From: Blastocladiella emersonii ATCC 22665 | Taxonomy: Eukaryota > Fungi > Blastocladiomycota | DNA length: 64,000 bases | NCBI GenBank assembly: GCA_025594325.1 | Contig: JANHCV010000017.1 | Coordinates: 310,001-374,000, forward strand | Direction of reading: 5' to 3' | Notes under the pieces: model-generated | Told to the model about the DNA's origin: nothing | The model's input: only the letters and a program-made list of their open reading frames with translations | Database searches by the model: none | In this document: positions 20,391-34,287 of the stretch, in pieces | Position numbering within the stretch: position 1 is the first letter of the stretch | Layout: every line of letters starts with the position of its first letter | Position numbers and translations under genes: made by a program

Positions 20391-22645
20391 CGCCAGATAC
20401 CCAAATCTACGACCACGTTGCGCACACTCCACTAGCCAACTCTTCGATCCCCTAATTATGGAGCCCGTCGTCAAAGTCCACGGTCCAATCAACGAGGTAA
20501 ACAGCGAACTTGTCAAACTGCCAACCTGCCAACCAAACACCCACGCCGCTTCTCAAGCCACGGTGGGCCCGCGCATTTGCGTTGCCGTCCCAGCCAACGA
20601 AGGAATGACTGATGAGCCCTGGTAGCCTGCTAGACTGACAGCCTGACAGCGCCCGCTCAGTTGCTATTATCTATCTCGTAGGTAGTCTGGGAGGAGTTCG
20701 TTAGTCGATACGCGACCAGTCTCCTCCTGGCTGCCCGCTCTGCTGCCATCTCCAAGGCCCGCATGAAGATGGGCCAGGGAGGTTTACGAGCATTTCCTAT
20801 CTCTCCTCTCTCCGTGTGAAACCATTCACCCGCGGACGGATGCGCACCACGCACCGTGCACCGCGCACCGCGCACCGCGCACCGCGCACCGTGCACCGCG
20901 CACCGCGCACCGCGCACAGCGCACCGCGGACAGCGCACCGCGGACAGCGCCCGATGCACCACACGCTGCGCACACGGCGCCAACGGCCACGCTGGTGTCA
21001 CGCACACACACTCGCATGAACGGCAAGCAGGCAAGGCTTCCTCAACTCAACCATGATCCATCGTCCATGTCTGCTCGCTCCAACGGGTGCGCCTGCCTAC
21101 CCTCCCAGTGCCATCGATTGATTGATTCATGTCCAGTGCTGCCCATGCTTTCATGGCCGCGGGGTCCGTCAGAACGCCTTGCAATGCGTGCGCCTGCATG
21201 CACCTGCACTGCAGAGCGCTGCAGAGGGCTGCACAGCGCTGCGGAGGGCTGCAGAGGGCTAAGGCGGCAGGGCTTCTCCTCCTGCAGGGGACAGTACCAA
21301 GGCCAAGGAGTGCTAGTGACTACTAACGGAATGGTGATTGGCCCCCTTCACACGCTCCTGGCAGGACTGCGTGTGGGCGTGCGGGCGTTTGTGCGTGCGT
21401 GCCTTGATTCGTCCACCATCATACGCGCAAAGTGACCAAGTGACCAAGTGACCAAGTGACCAAGGTGACCAAGGTGACCAAGGTGACCAAGGTGACCAAG
21501 GTGACCAAGTGACACACAAGCACCAAGCTAGGGTGGCCGGGCGGCCATGGAACGTACTGCATGGGAACCATTACCGTGGACTGGCCGCGGCCATTTATCG
21601 CAGCACAGCCCTGCCTGGCTCAGGACGCGGCGGGCGTGGGAGGCAGGCAGGGTAGATCGGTAGCAGCAGCAGGACCTGGCTAGCTGGCTGTCAAACAACA
21701 CAAGTGAAGGGGTGCGTGAGGGAGGGTGTGTTGAATGAATGGATGGGTGGATGCAGGCAGAGAGAGACCTTCGTACGTGTCGTGGGTGATGAGGATTGGT
21801 TGGCCACCATCCACCAACGCCATGGCATGGCTGCGGGTGTCGCTGCGTGCGCCTTGGCGGGTGGTGTTGGTGGGTGGGTGGTCTTGGTGGGTGCTGTGGT
21901 GGTAGTGGAGCTAGAGTGGTGCCGTGGGGCTCTTGGGGTCCCCTTTCCTTCCTGTCTGGCCTAGGTGGGTCGGCGGACGCAGCGCGCATGCGGGCAAGGT
22001 AACAACATTGCTCACGCAATGGATCATGTATTTTATGGCAAGTAGTCTGCGAAGCAGAGACGGGGATGTCCGGCCCAATCGGACCCTCCACGGATCACAA
22101 TATGCACGCAATGAATTGACTGATGATAGGGATGTACCAAACCAGCCACGCGGACAATTGTCATGGTACTCAATCGAGACCACATTCAAGTCTTTGCTCT
22201 CCCGCATGTCAAGCTGGTTGAAGGCCCATTAATCACAGTATCGACCCAACAAGATATTTGACCATGGAAACATAGTAAACCAGCCACGCGGATAATTGTC
22301 ATGGTACTCAATCAAAACCATATTCAAGTCTTTGCTTTCCCGCACGTCAAGCTGGTTGAAGGCCCATAAATCACAGTATCGAACCAACGAAATATCTGAC
22401 CATGGAAATATAGTAAAGCAGCCACGCAGATAATTGTCATGGTACTTAATCAAAACCATATTCATATTTTTGCTTCCCCGCATGTCAAGCTGGTTGAAGG
22501 CCCATAAATCACAGTATCGAACGAACAAGATATCTTACCATGGAAATATAGTTAACCAGCCACGCAAATGATTGTCATGCCACTTAATCAAAACCATACT
22601 CAAATGGTCGATTACCCTCACGTCCAAGCGGCCAAGGACCCAAAC
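20391..22645. repeat. Monomer 8 (2255 bp): 4 x 138 bp (22094-22645)
   Basis: Short start; +14; G allele; block appears identical to that of monomer 7. Confidence 0.97.
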
Positions 22646-25600
22646 CGCCAGATACCCAAATCTACGACCACGTTGCGCACACTCCACTAGCCAACTCTTC
22701 GATCCCCTAATTATGGAGCCCGTCGTCAAAGTCCACGGTCCAATCAACGAGGTAAACAGCGAACTTGTCAAACTGCCAACCTGCCAACCAAACACCCACG
22801 CCGCTTCTCAAGCCACGGTGGGCCCGCGCATTTGCGTTGCCGTCCCAGCCAACGAAGGAATGACTGATGAGCCCTGGTAGCCTGCTAGACTGACAGCCTG
22901 ACAGCGCCCGCTCAGTTGCTATTATCTATCTCGTAGGTAGTCTGGGAGGAGTTCGTTAGTCGATACGCGACCAGTCTCCTCCTGGCTGCCCGCTCTGCTG
23001 CCATCTCCAAGGCCCGCATGAAGATGGGCCAGGGAGGTTTACGAGCATTTCCTATCTCTCCTCTCTCCGTGTGAAACCATTCACCCGCGGACGGATGCGC
23101 ACCACGCACCGTGCACCGCGCACCGCGCACCGCGCACCGCGCACCGTGCACCGCGCACCGCGCACCGCGCACAGCGCACCGCGGACAGCGCACCGCGGAC
23201 AGCGCCCGATGCACCACACGCTGCGCACACGGCGCCAACGGCCACGCTGGTGTCACGCACACACACTCGCATGAACGGCAAGCAGGCAAGGCTTCCTCAA
23301 CTCAACCATGATCCATCGTCCATGTCTGCTCGCTCCAACGGGTGCGCCTGCCTACCCTCCCAGTGCCATCGATTGATTGATTCATGTCCAGTGCTGCCCA
23401 TGCTTTCATGGCCGCGGGGTCCGTCAGAACGCCTTGCAATGCGTGCGCCTGCATGCACCTGCACTGCAGAGCGCTGCAGAGGGCTGCACAGCGCTGCGGA
23501 GGGCTGCAGAGGGCTAAGGCGGCAGGGCTTCTCCTCCTGCAGGGGACAGTACCAAGGCCAAGGAGTGCTAGTGACTACTAACGGAATGGTGATTGGCCCC
23601 CTTCACACGCTCCTGGCAGGACTGCGTGTGGGCGTGCGGGCGTTTGTGCGTGCGTGCCTTGATTCGTCCACCATCATACGCGCAAAGTGACCAAGTGACC
23701 AAGTGACCAAGTGACCAAGGTGACCAAGGTGACCAAGGTGACCAAGGTGACCAAGGTGACCAAGTGACACACAAGCACCAAGCTAGGGTGGCCGGGCGGC
23801 CATGGAACGTACTGCATGGGAACCATTACCGTGGACTGGCCGCGGCCATTTATCGCAGCACAGCCCTGCCTGGCTCAGGACGCGGCGGGCGTGGGAGGCA
23901 GGCAGGGTAGATCGGTAGCAGCAGCAGGACCTGGCTAGCTGGCTGTCAAACAACACAAGTGAAGGGGTGCGTGAGGGAGGGTGTGTTGAATGAATGGATG
24001 GGTGGATGCAGGCAGAGAGAGACCTTCATACGTGTCGTGGGTGATGAGGATTGGTTGGCCACCATCCACCAACGCCATGGCATGGCTGCGGGTGTCGCTG
24101 CGTGCGCCTTGGCGGGTGGTGTTGGTGGGTGGGTGGTCTTGGTGGGTGCTGTGGTGGTAGTGGAGCTAGAGTGGTGCCGTGGGGCTCTTGGGGTCCCCTT
24201 TCCTTCCTGTCTGGCCTAGGTGGGTCGGCGGACGCAGCGCGCATGCGGGCAAGGTAACAACATTGCTCACGCAATGGATCATGTATTTTATGGCAAGTAG
24301 TCTGCGAAGCAGAGACGGGGATGTCCGGCCCAATCGGACCCTCCACGGATCACAATATGCACGCAATGAATTGACTGATGATAGGGATGTACCAAACCAG
24401 CCACGTAGACAATTGTCGTGGTTGTCGAACAAAACCATATTCAAATCTTTGGCAACGCGCCTGTCCAGCTAGCCAGGGACCCATGAATCACAGTATCGAC
24501 CCAACAAGATATTAGACCATGGTAATATAGTAAACCAACCTCGTACATAATTGTCATGGTACTCAAACAAAACCATATTCAAGTCTTTGCTTTCCCGCAT
24601 ATCCAGCTGGCCAGGGACCCATAAATCACAGTATCGAACGAACAAGATATCTTACCATGGAAATATAGTTAACCAGCCACGCGGACAATTGTCATGGTAC
24701 TCAATCGAGACCACATTCAAGTCTTTGCTCTCCCGCATGTCAAGCTGGTTGAAGGCCCATTAATCACAGTATCGACCCAACAAGATATTTGACCATGGAA
24801 ACATAGTAAACCAGCCACGCGGATAATTGTCATGGTACTCAATCAAAACCATATTCATATTTTTGCTTCCCCGTATGTCAAGCTGGTTGAAGACCCATAA
24901 CTCACAGTATCGACCCAACAAGATATTTGACCATGGAAACATAGTAAACCAGCCACGCGGATAATTGTCATGGTACTCAATCAAAACCATATTCATATTT
25001 TTGCTTCCCCGCATGTCAAGCTGGTTGAAGACCCATAAATCACAGTATCGAACCAACAAAATATCTGACCATGGAAATATAGTTAACCAGCCACGCGGAC
25101 AATTGTCATGGTACTCAATCGAAACCACATTCAAGTCTTTGCTCTCCCGCATGTCAAGCTGGTTGAAGGCCCATTAATCACAGTATCGACCCAACAAGAT
25201 ATTTGACCATGGAAACATAGTAAACCAGCCACGCGGATAATTGTCATGGTACTCAATCAAAACCATATTCAAGTCTTTGCTTTCCCGCACGTCCAGCTGG
25301 TTGAAGGCCCATAAATCACAGTATCGACCCAACAAAGTATCTGACAACCGAAATATAGCAGACAATCCACGCAGACAATTGTCATGCCACCTAATCAAAA
25401 CCATATTCAAGTCTTTGCTTTCCCACATGTCAAGCTGGTTGAAGGCCCATAAATCACAGTATCGAACCAACGAAATATCTGACCATGGAAATATAGTAAA
25501 GCAGCCACGCAGATAATTGTCATGGTACTTAATCAAAACCATATTCATATTTTTGCTTCCCCGCATGTCAAGCTGGTTGAAGGCCCATAAATCACAGTAT

Positions 25601-25728
25601 CGAACGAACAAGATATCTTACCATGGAAATATAGTTAACCAGCCACGCAAATGATTGTCATGCCACTTAATCAAAACCATACTCAAATGGTCGATTACCC
25701 TCACGTCCAAGCGGCCAAGGACCCAAAC
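22646..25728. repeat. Monomer 9 (3083 bp): 10 x 138 bp (24349-25728)
   Basis: Long start; +14; A allele. Confidence 0.97.
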
Positions 25729-28259
25729 CGCCAGATACCCAAATCTACGACCACGTTGCGCACACTCCACTAGCCAACTCTTCGATCCCCTAATTATGGA
25801 GCCCGTCGTCAAAGTCCACGGTCCAATCAACGAGGTAAACAGCGAACTTGTCAAACTGCCAACCTGCCAACCAAACACCCACGCCGCTTCTCAAGCCACG
25901 GTGGGCCCGCGCATTTGCGTTGCCGTCCCAGCCAACGAAGGAATGACTGATGAGCCCTGGTAGCCTGCTAGACTGACAGCCTGACAGCGCCCGCTCAGTT
26001 GCTATTATCTATCTCGTAGGTAGTCTGGGAGGAGTTCGTTAGTCGATACGCGACCAGTCTCCTCCTGGCTGCCCGCTCTGCTGCCATCTCCAAGGCCCGC
26101 ATGAAGATGGGCCAGGGAGGTTTACGAGCATTTCCTATCTCTCCTCTCTCCGTGTGAAACCATTCACCCGCGGACGGATGCGCACCACGCACCGTGCACC
26201 GCGCACCGCGCACCGCGCACCGCGCACCGTGCACCGCGCACCGCGCACCGCGCACAGCGCACCGCGGACAGCGCACCGCGGACAGCGCCCGATGCACCAC
26301 ACGCTGCGCACACGGCGCCAACGGCCACGCTGGTGTCACGCACACACACTCGCATGAACGGCAAGCAGGCAAGGCTTCCTCAACTCAACCATGATCCATC
26401 GTCCATGTCTGCTCGCTCCAACGGGTGCGCCTGCCTACCCTCCCAGTGCCATCGATTGATTGATTCATGTCCAGTGCTGCCCATGCTTTCATGGCCGCGG
26501 GGTCCGTCAGAACGCCTTGCAATGCGTGCGCCTGCATGCACCTGCACTGCAGAGCGCTGCAGAGGGCTGCACAGCGCTGCGGAGGGCTGCAGAGGGCTAA
26601 GGCGGCAGGGCTTCTCCTCCTGCAGGGGACAGTACCAAGGCCAAGGAGTGCTAGTGACTACTAACGGAATGGTGATTGGCCCCCTTCACACGCTCCTGGC
26701 AGGACTGCGTGTGGGCGTGCGGGCGTTTGTGCGTGCGTGCCTTGATTCGTCCACCATCATACGCGCAAAGTGACCAAGTGACCAAGTGACCAAGTGACCA
26801 AGGTGACCAAGGTGACCAAGGTGACCAAGGTGACCAAGGTGACCAAGTGACACACAAGCACCAAGCTAGGGTGGCCGGGCGGCCATGGAACGTACTGCAT
26901 GGGAACCATTACCGTGGACTGGCCGCGGCCATTTATCGCAGCACAGCCCTGCCTGGCTCAGGACGCGGCGGGCGTGGGAGGCAGGCAGGGTAGATCGGTA
27001 GCAGCAGCAGGACCTGGCTAGCTGGCTGTCAAACAACACAAGTGAAGGGGTGCGTGAGGGAGGGTGTGTTGAATGAATGGATGGGTGGATGCAGGCAGAG
27101 AGAGACCTTCGTACGTGTCGTGGGTGATGAGGATTGGTTGGCCACCATCCACCAACGCCATGGCATGGCTGCGGGTGTCGCTGCGTGCGCCTTGGCGGGT
27201 GGTGTTGGTGGGTGGGTGGTCTTGGTGGGTGCTGTGGTGGTAGTGGAGCTAGAGTGGTGCCGTGGGGCTCTTGGGGTCCCCTTTCCTTCCTGTCTGGCCT
27301 AGGTGGGTCGGCGGACGCAGCGCGCATGCGGGCAAGGTAACAACATTGCTCACGCAATGGATCATGTATTTTATGGCAAGTAGTCTGCGAAGCAGAGACG
27401 GGGATGTCCGGCCCAATCGGACCCTCCACGGATCACAATATGCACGCAATGAATTGACTGATGATAGGGATGTACCAAACCAGCCACGTAGACAATTGTC
27501 GTGGTTGTCGAACAAAACCATATTCAAATCTTTGGCAACGCGCCTGTCCAGCTAGCCAGGGACCCATGAATCACAGTATCGACCCAACAAGATATTAGAC
27601 CATGGTAATATAGTAAACCAACCTCGTACATAATTGTCATGGTACTCAAACAAAACCATATTCAAGTCTTTGCTTTCCCGCATATCCAGCTGGCCAGGGA
27701 CCCATAAATCACAGTATCGAACGAACAAGATATCTTACCATGGAAATATAGTTAACCAGCCACGCGGACAATTGTCATGGTACTCAAACAAAACCATATT
27801 CAAGTCTTTGCTTCCCCGTATGTCAAGCTGGTTGAAGACCCATGACTCACAGTATCGACCCAACAAGATATTTGACCATGGAAATATAGTTAACCAGCCA
27901 CGCGGACAATTGTCATGGTACTCAATCGAAACCACATTCTAGTCTTTGCTCTCCCGCATGTCAAGCTGGTTGAAGGCCCATAAATCACAGTATCGACCCA
28001 ACAAGATATTTGACCATGGAAATATAGTAAAGCAGCCACGCAGATAATTGTCATGGTACTTAATCAAAACCATATTCATATTTTTGCTTCCCCGCATGTC
28101 AAGCTGGTTGAAGGCCCATAAATCACAGTATCGAACGAACAAGATATCTTACCATGGAAATATAGTTAACCAGCCACGCAAATGATTGTCATGCCACTTA
28201 ATCAAAACCATACTCAAATGGTCGATTACCCTCACGTCCAAGCGGCCAAGGACCCAAAC
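25729..28259. repeat. Monomer 10 (2531 bp): 6 x 138 bp (27432-28259)
   Basis: +14; G allele; rare variants CATGACTCAC (27841) and TTCTAG (27940). Confidence 0.97.
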
Positions 28260-31200
28260 CGCCAGATACCCAAATCTACGACCACGTTGCGCACACTCCA
28301 CTAGCCAACTCTTCGATCCCCTAATTATGGAGCCCGTCGTCAAAGTCCACGGTCCAATCAACGAGGTAAACAGCGAACTTGTCAAACTGCCAACCTGCCA
28401 ACCAAACACCCACGCCGCTTCTCAAGCCACGGTGGGCCCGCGCATTTGCGTTGCCGTCCCAGCCAACGAAGGAATGACTGATGAGCCCTGGTAGCCTGCT
28501 AGACTGACAGCCTGACAGCGCCCGCTCAGTTGCTATTATCTATCTCGTAGGTAGTCTGGGAGGAGTTCGTTAGTCGATACGCGACCAGTCTCCTCCTGGC
28601 TGCCCGCTCTGCTGCCATCTCCAAGGCCCGCATGAAGATGGGCCAGGGAGGTTTACGAGCATTTCCTATCTCTCCTCTCTCCGTGTGAAACCATTCACCC
28701 GCGGACGGATGCGCACCACGCACCGTGCACCGCGCACCGCGCACCGCGCACCGCGCACCGTGCACCGCGCACCGCGCACCGCGCACAGCGCACCGCGGAC
28801 AGCGCACCGCGGACAGCGCCCGATGCACCACACGCTGCGCACACGGCGCCAACGGCCACGCTGGTGTCACGCACACACACTCGCATGAACGGCAAGCAGG
28901 CAAGGCTTCCTCAACTCAACCATGATCCATCGTCCATGTCTGCTCGCTCCAACGGGTGCGCCTGCCTACCCTCCCAGTGCCATCGATTGATTGATTCATG
29001 TCCAGTGCTGCCCATGCTTTCATGGCCGCGGGGTCCGTCAGAACGCCTTGCAATGCGTGCGCCTGCATGCACCTGCACTGCAGAGCGCTGCAGAGGGCTG
29101 CACAGCGCTGCGGAGGGCTGCAGAGGGCTAAGGCGGCAGGGCTTCTCCTCCTGCAGGGGACAGTACCAAGGCCAAGGAGTGCTAGTGACTACTAACGGAA
29201 TGGTGATTGGCCCCCTTCACACGCTCCTGGCAGGACTGCGTGTGGGCGTGCGGGCGTTTGTGCGTGCGTGCCTTGATTCGTCCACCATCATACGCGCAAA
29301 GTGACCAAGTGACCAAGTGACCAAGTGACCAAGGTGACCAAGGTGACCAAGGTGACCAAGGTGACCAAGGTGACCAAGTGACACACAAGCACCAAGCTAG
29401 GGTGGCCGGGCGGCCATGGAACGTACTGCATGGGAACCATTACCGTGGACTGGCCGCGGCCATTTATCGCAGCACAGCCCTGCCTGGCTCAGGACGCGGC
29501 GGGCGTGGGAGGCAGGCAGGGTAGATCGGTAGCAGCAGCAGGACCTGGCTAGCTGGCTGTCAAACAACACAAGTGAAGGGGTGCGTGAGGGAGGGTGTGT
29601 TGAATGAATGGATGGGTGGATGCAGGCAGAGAGAGACCTTCATACGTGTCGTGGGTGATGAGGATTGGTTGGCCACCATCCACCAACGCCATGGCATGGC
29701 TGCGGGTGTCGCTGCGTGCGCCTTGGCGGGTGGTGTTGGTGGGTGGGTGGTCTTGGTGGGTGCTGTGGTGGTAGTGGAGCTAGAGTGGTGCCGTGGGGCT
29801 CTTGGGGTCCCCTTTCCTTCCTGTCTGGCCTAGGTGGGTCGGCGGACGCAGCGCGCATGCGGGCAAGGTAACAACATTGCTCACGCAATGGATCATGTAT
29901 TTTATGGCAAGTAGTCTGCGAAGCAGAGACGGGGATGTCCGGCCCAATCGGACCCTCCACGGATCACAATATGCACGCAATGAATTGACTGATGATAGGG
30001 ATGTACCAAACCAGCCACGTAGACAATTGTCGTGGTTGTCGAACAAAACCATATTCAAATCTTTGGCAACGCGCCTGTCCAGCTAGCCAGGGACCCATGA
30101 ATCACAGTATCGACCCAACAAGATATTAGACCATGGTAATATAGTAAACCAACCTCGTACATAATTGTCATGGTACTCAAACAAAACCATATTCAAGTCT
30201 TTGCTTTCCCGCATATCCAGCTGGCCAGGGACCCATAAATCACAGTATCGAACGAACAAGATATCTTACCATGGAAATATAGTTAACCAGCCACGCGGAC
30301 AATTGTCATGGTACTCAATCGAGACCACATTCAAGTCTTTGCTCTCCCGCATGTCAAGCTGGTTGAAGGCCCATTAATCACAGTATCGACCCAACAAGAT
30401 ATTTGACCATGGAAACATAGTAAACCAGCCACGCGGATAATTGTCATGGTACTCAATCAAAACCATATTCATATTTTTGCTTCCCCGTATGTCAAGCTGG
30501 TTGAAGACCCATAACTCACAGTATCGACCCAACAAGATATTTGACCATGGAAACATAGTAAACCAGCCACGCGGATAATTGTCATGGTACTCAATCAAAA
30601 CCATATTCATATTTTTGCTTCCCCGCATGTCAAGCTGGTTGAAGACCCATAAATCACAGTATCGAACCAACAAAATATCTGACCATGGAAATATAGTTAA
30701 CCAGCCACGCGGACAATTGTCATGGTACTCAATCGAAACCACATTCAAGTCTTTGCTCTCCCGCATGTCAAGCTGGTTGAAGGCCCATTAATCACAGTAT
30801 CGACCCAACAAGATATTTGACCATGGAAACATAGTAAACCAGCCACGCGGATAATTGTCATGGTACTCAATCAAAACCATATTCAAGTCTTTGCTTTCCC
30901 GCACGTCCAGCTGGTTGAAGGCCCATAAATCACAGTATCGACCCAACAAAGTATCTGACAACCGAAATATAGCAGACAATCCACGCAGACAATTGTCATG
31001 CCACCTAATCAAAACCATATTCAAGTCTTTGCTTTCCCACATGTCAAGCTGGTTGAAGGCCCATAAATCACAGTATCGAACCAACGAAATATCTGACCAT
31101 GGAAATATAGTAAAGCAGCCACGCAGATAATTGTCATGGTACTCAATCAAAACCATATTCAAGTCTTTGCTTTCCCGCACGTCCAGCTGGTTGAAGGCCC

Positions 31201-31342
31201 ATAAATCACAGTATCGAACGAACAAGATATCTTACCATGGAAATATAGTTAACCAGCCACGCAAATGATTGTCATGCCACTTAATCAAAACCATACTCAA
31301 ATGGTCGATTACCCTCACGTCCAAGCGGCCAAGGACCCAAAC
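28260..31342. repeat. Monomer 11 (3083 bp): 10 x 138 bp (29963-31342)
   Basis: +14; A allele; first block whose penultimate repeat ends in the CAAGTCTTTGCTTTCCCGCACGTCC type. Confidence 0.97.
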
Positions 31343-34287
31343 CGCCAGATACCCAAATCTACGACCACGTTGCGCACACTCCACTAGCCAACTCTTCGAT
31401 CCCCTAATTATGGAGCCCGTCGTCAAAGTCCACGGTCCAATCAACGAGGTAAACAGCGAACTTGTCAAACTGCCAACCTGCCAACCAAACACCCACGCCG
31501 CTTCTCAAGCCACGGTGGGCCCGCGCATTTGCGTTGCCGTCCCAGCCAACGAAGGAATGACTGATGAGCCCTGGTAGCCTGCTAGACTGACAGCCTGACA
31601 GCGCCCGCTCAGTTGCTATTATCTATCTCGTAGGTAGTCTGGGAGGAGTTCGTTAGTCGATACGCGACCAGTCTCCTCCTGGCTGCCCGCTCTGCTGCCA
31701 TCTCCAAGGCCCGCATGAAGATGGGCCAGGGAGGTTTACGAGCATTTCCTATCTCTCCTCTCTCCGTGTGAAACCATTCACCCGCGGACGGATGCGCACC
31801 ACGCACCGTGCACCGCGCACCGCGCACCGCGCACCGCGCACCGTGCACCGCGCACCGCGCACCGCGCACAGCGCACCGCGGACAGCGCACCGCGGACAGC
31901 GCCCGATGCACCACACGCTGCGCACACGGCGCCAACGGCCACGCTGGTGTCACGCACACACACTCGCATGAACGGCAAGCAGGCAAGGCTTCCTCAACTC
32001 AACCATGATCCATCGTCCATGTCTGCTCGCTCCAACGGGTGCGCCTGCCTACCCTCCCAGTGCCATCGATTGATTGATTCATGTCCAGTGCTGCCCATGC
32101 TTTCATGGCCGCGGGGTCCGTCAGAACGCCTTGCAATGCGTGCGCCTGCATGCACCTGCACTGCAGAGCGCTGCAGAGGGCTGCACAGCGCTGCGGAGGG
32201 CTGCAGAGGGCTAAGGCGGCAGGGCTTCTCCTCCTGCAGGGGACAGTACCAAGGCCAAGGAGTGCTAGTGACTACTAACGGAATGGTGATTGGCCCCCTT
32301 CACACGCTCCTGGCAGGACTGCGTGTGGGCGTGCGGGCGTTTGTGCGTGCGTGCCTTGATTCGTCCACCATCATACGCGCAAAGTGACCAAGTGACCAAG
32401 TGACCAAGTGACCAAGGTGACCAAGGTGACCAAGGTGACCAAGGTGACCAAGGTGACCAAGTGACACACAAGCACCAAGCTAGGGTGGCCGGGCGGCCAT
32501 GGAACGTACTGCATGGGAACCATTACCGTGGACTGGCCGCGGCCATTTATCGCAGCACAGCCCTGCCTGGCTCAGGACGCGGCGGGCGTGGGAGGCAGGC
32601 AGGGTAGATCGGTAGCAGCAGCAGGACCTGGCTAGCTGGCTGTCAAACAACACAAGTGAAGGGGTGCGTGAGGGAGGGTGTGTTGAATGAATGGATGGGT
32701 GGATGCAGGCAGAGAGAGACCTTCGTACGTGTCGTGGGTGATGAGGATTGGTTGGCCACCATCCACCAACGCCATGGCATGGCTGCGGGTGTCGCTGCGT
32801 GCGCCTTGGCGGGTGGTGTTGGTGGGTGGGTGGTCTTGGTGGGTGCTGTGGTGGTAGTGGAGCTAGAGTGGTGCCGTGGGGCTCTTGGGGTCCCCTTTCC
32901 TTCCTGTCTGGCCTAGGTGGGTCGGCGGACGCAGCGCGCATGCGGGCAAGGTAACAACATTGCTCACGCAATGGATCATGTATTTTATGGCAAGTAGTCT
33001 GCGAAGCAGAGACGGGGATGTCCGGCCCAATCGGACCCTCCACGGATCACAATATGCACGCAATGAATTGACTGATGATAGGGATGTACCAAACCAGCCA
33101 CGTAGACAATTGTCGTGGTTGTCGAACAAAACCATATTCAAATCTTTGGCAACGCGCCTGTCCAGCTAGCCAGGGACCCATGAATCACAGTATCGACCCA
33201 ACAAGATATTAGACCATGGTAATATAGTAAACCAACCTCGTACATAATTGTCATGGTACTCAAACAAAACCATATTCAAGTCTTTGCTTTCCCGCATATC
33301 CAGCTGGCCAGGGACCCATAAATCACAGTATCGAACGAACAAGATATCTTACCATGGAAATATAGTTAACCAGCCACGCGGACAATTGTCATGGTACTCA
33401 ATCGAGACCACATTCAAGTCTTTGCTCTCCCGCATGTCAAGCTGGTTGAAGGCCCATTAATCACAGTATCGACCCAACAAGATATTTGACCATGGAAACA
33501 TAGTAAACCAGCCACGCGGATAATTGTCATGGTACTCAATCAAAACCATATTCATATTTTTGCTTCCCCGCATGTCAAGCTGGTTGAAGACCCATTAATC
33601 ACAGTATCGAACCAACAAAATATCTGACCATGGAAATATAGTTAACCAGCCACGCGGACAATTGTCATGGTACTCAATCGAAACCACATTCAAGTCTTTG
33701 CTCTCCCGCATGTCAAGCTGGTTGAAGGCCCATAAATCACAGTATCGACCCAACAAGATATTTGACCATGGAAATATAGTAAACCAGCCACGCGGACAAT
33801 TGTCATGGTACTCAATCGAAACCATATTCAAGTCTTTGCTTTCCCGCACGTCCAGCTGGTTGAAGGCCCATAAATCACAGTATCGACCCAACAAAGTATC
33901 TGACAACCGAAATATAGCAGACAATCCACGCAGACAATTGTCATGCCACCTAATCAAAACCATATTCAAGTCTTTGCTTTCCCACATGTCAAGCTGGTTG
34001 AAGGCCCATAAATCACAGTATCGAACCAACGAAATATCTGACCATGGAAATATAGTAAAGCAGCCACGCAGATAATTGTCATGGTACTCAATCAAAACCA
34101 TATTCAAGTCTTTGCTTTCCCGCACGTCCAGCTGGTTGAAGGCCCATAAATCACAGTATCGAACGAACAAGATATCTTACCATGGAAATATAGTTAACCA
34201 GCCACGCAAATGATTGTCATGCCACTTAATCAAAACCATACTCAAATGGTCGATTACCCTCACGTCCAAGCGGCCAAGGACCCAAAC
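31343..34287. repeat. Monomer 12 (2945 bp): 9 x 138 bp (33046-34287)
   Basis: +14; G allele. Confidence 0.97.
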
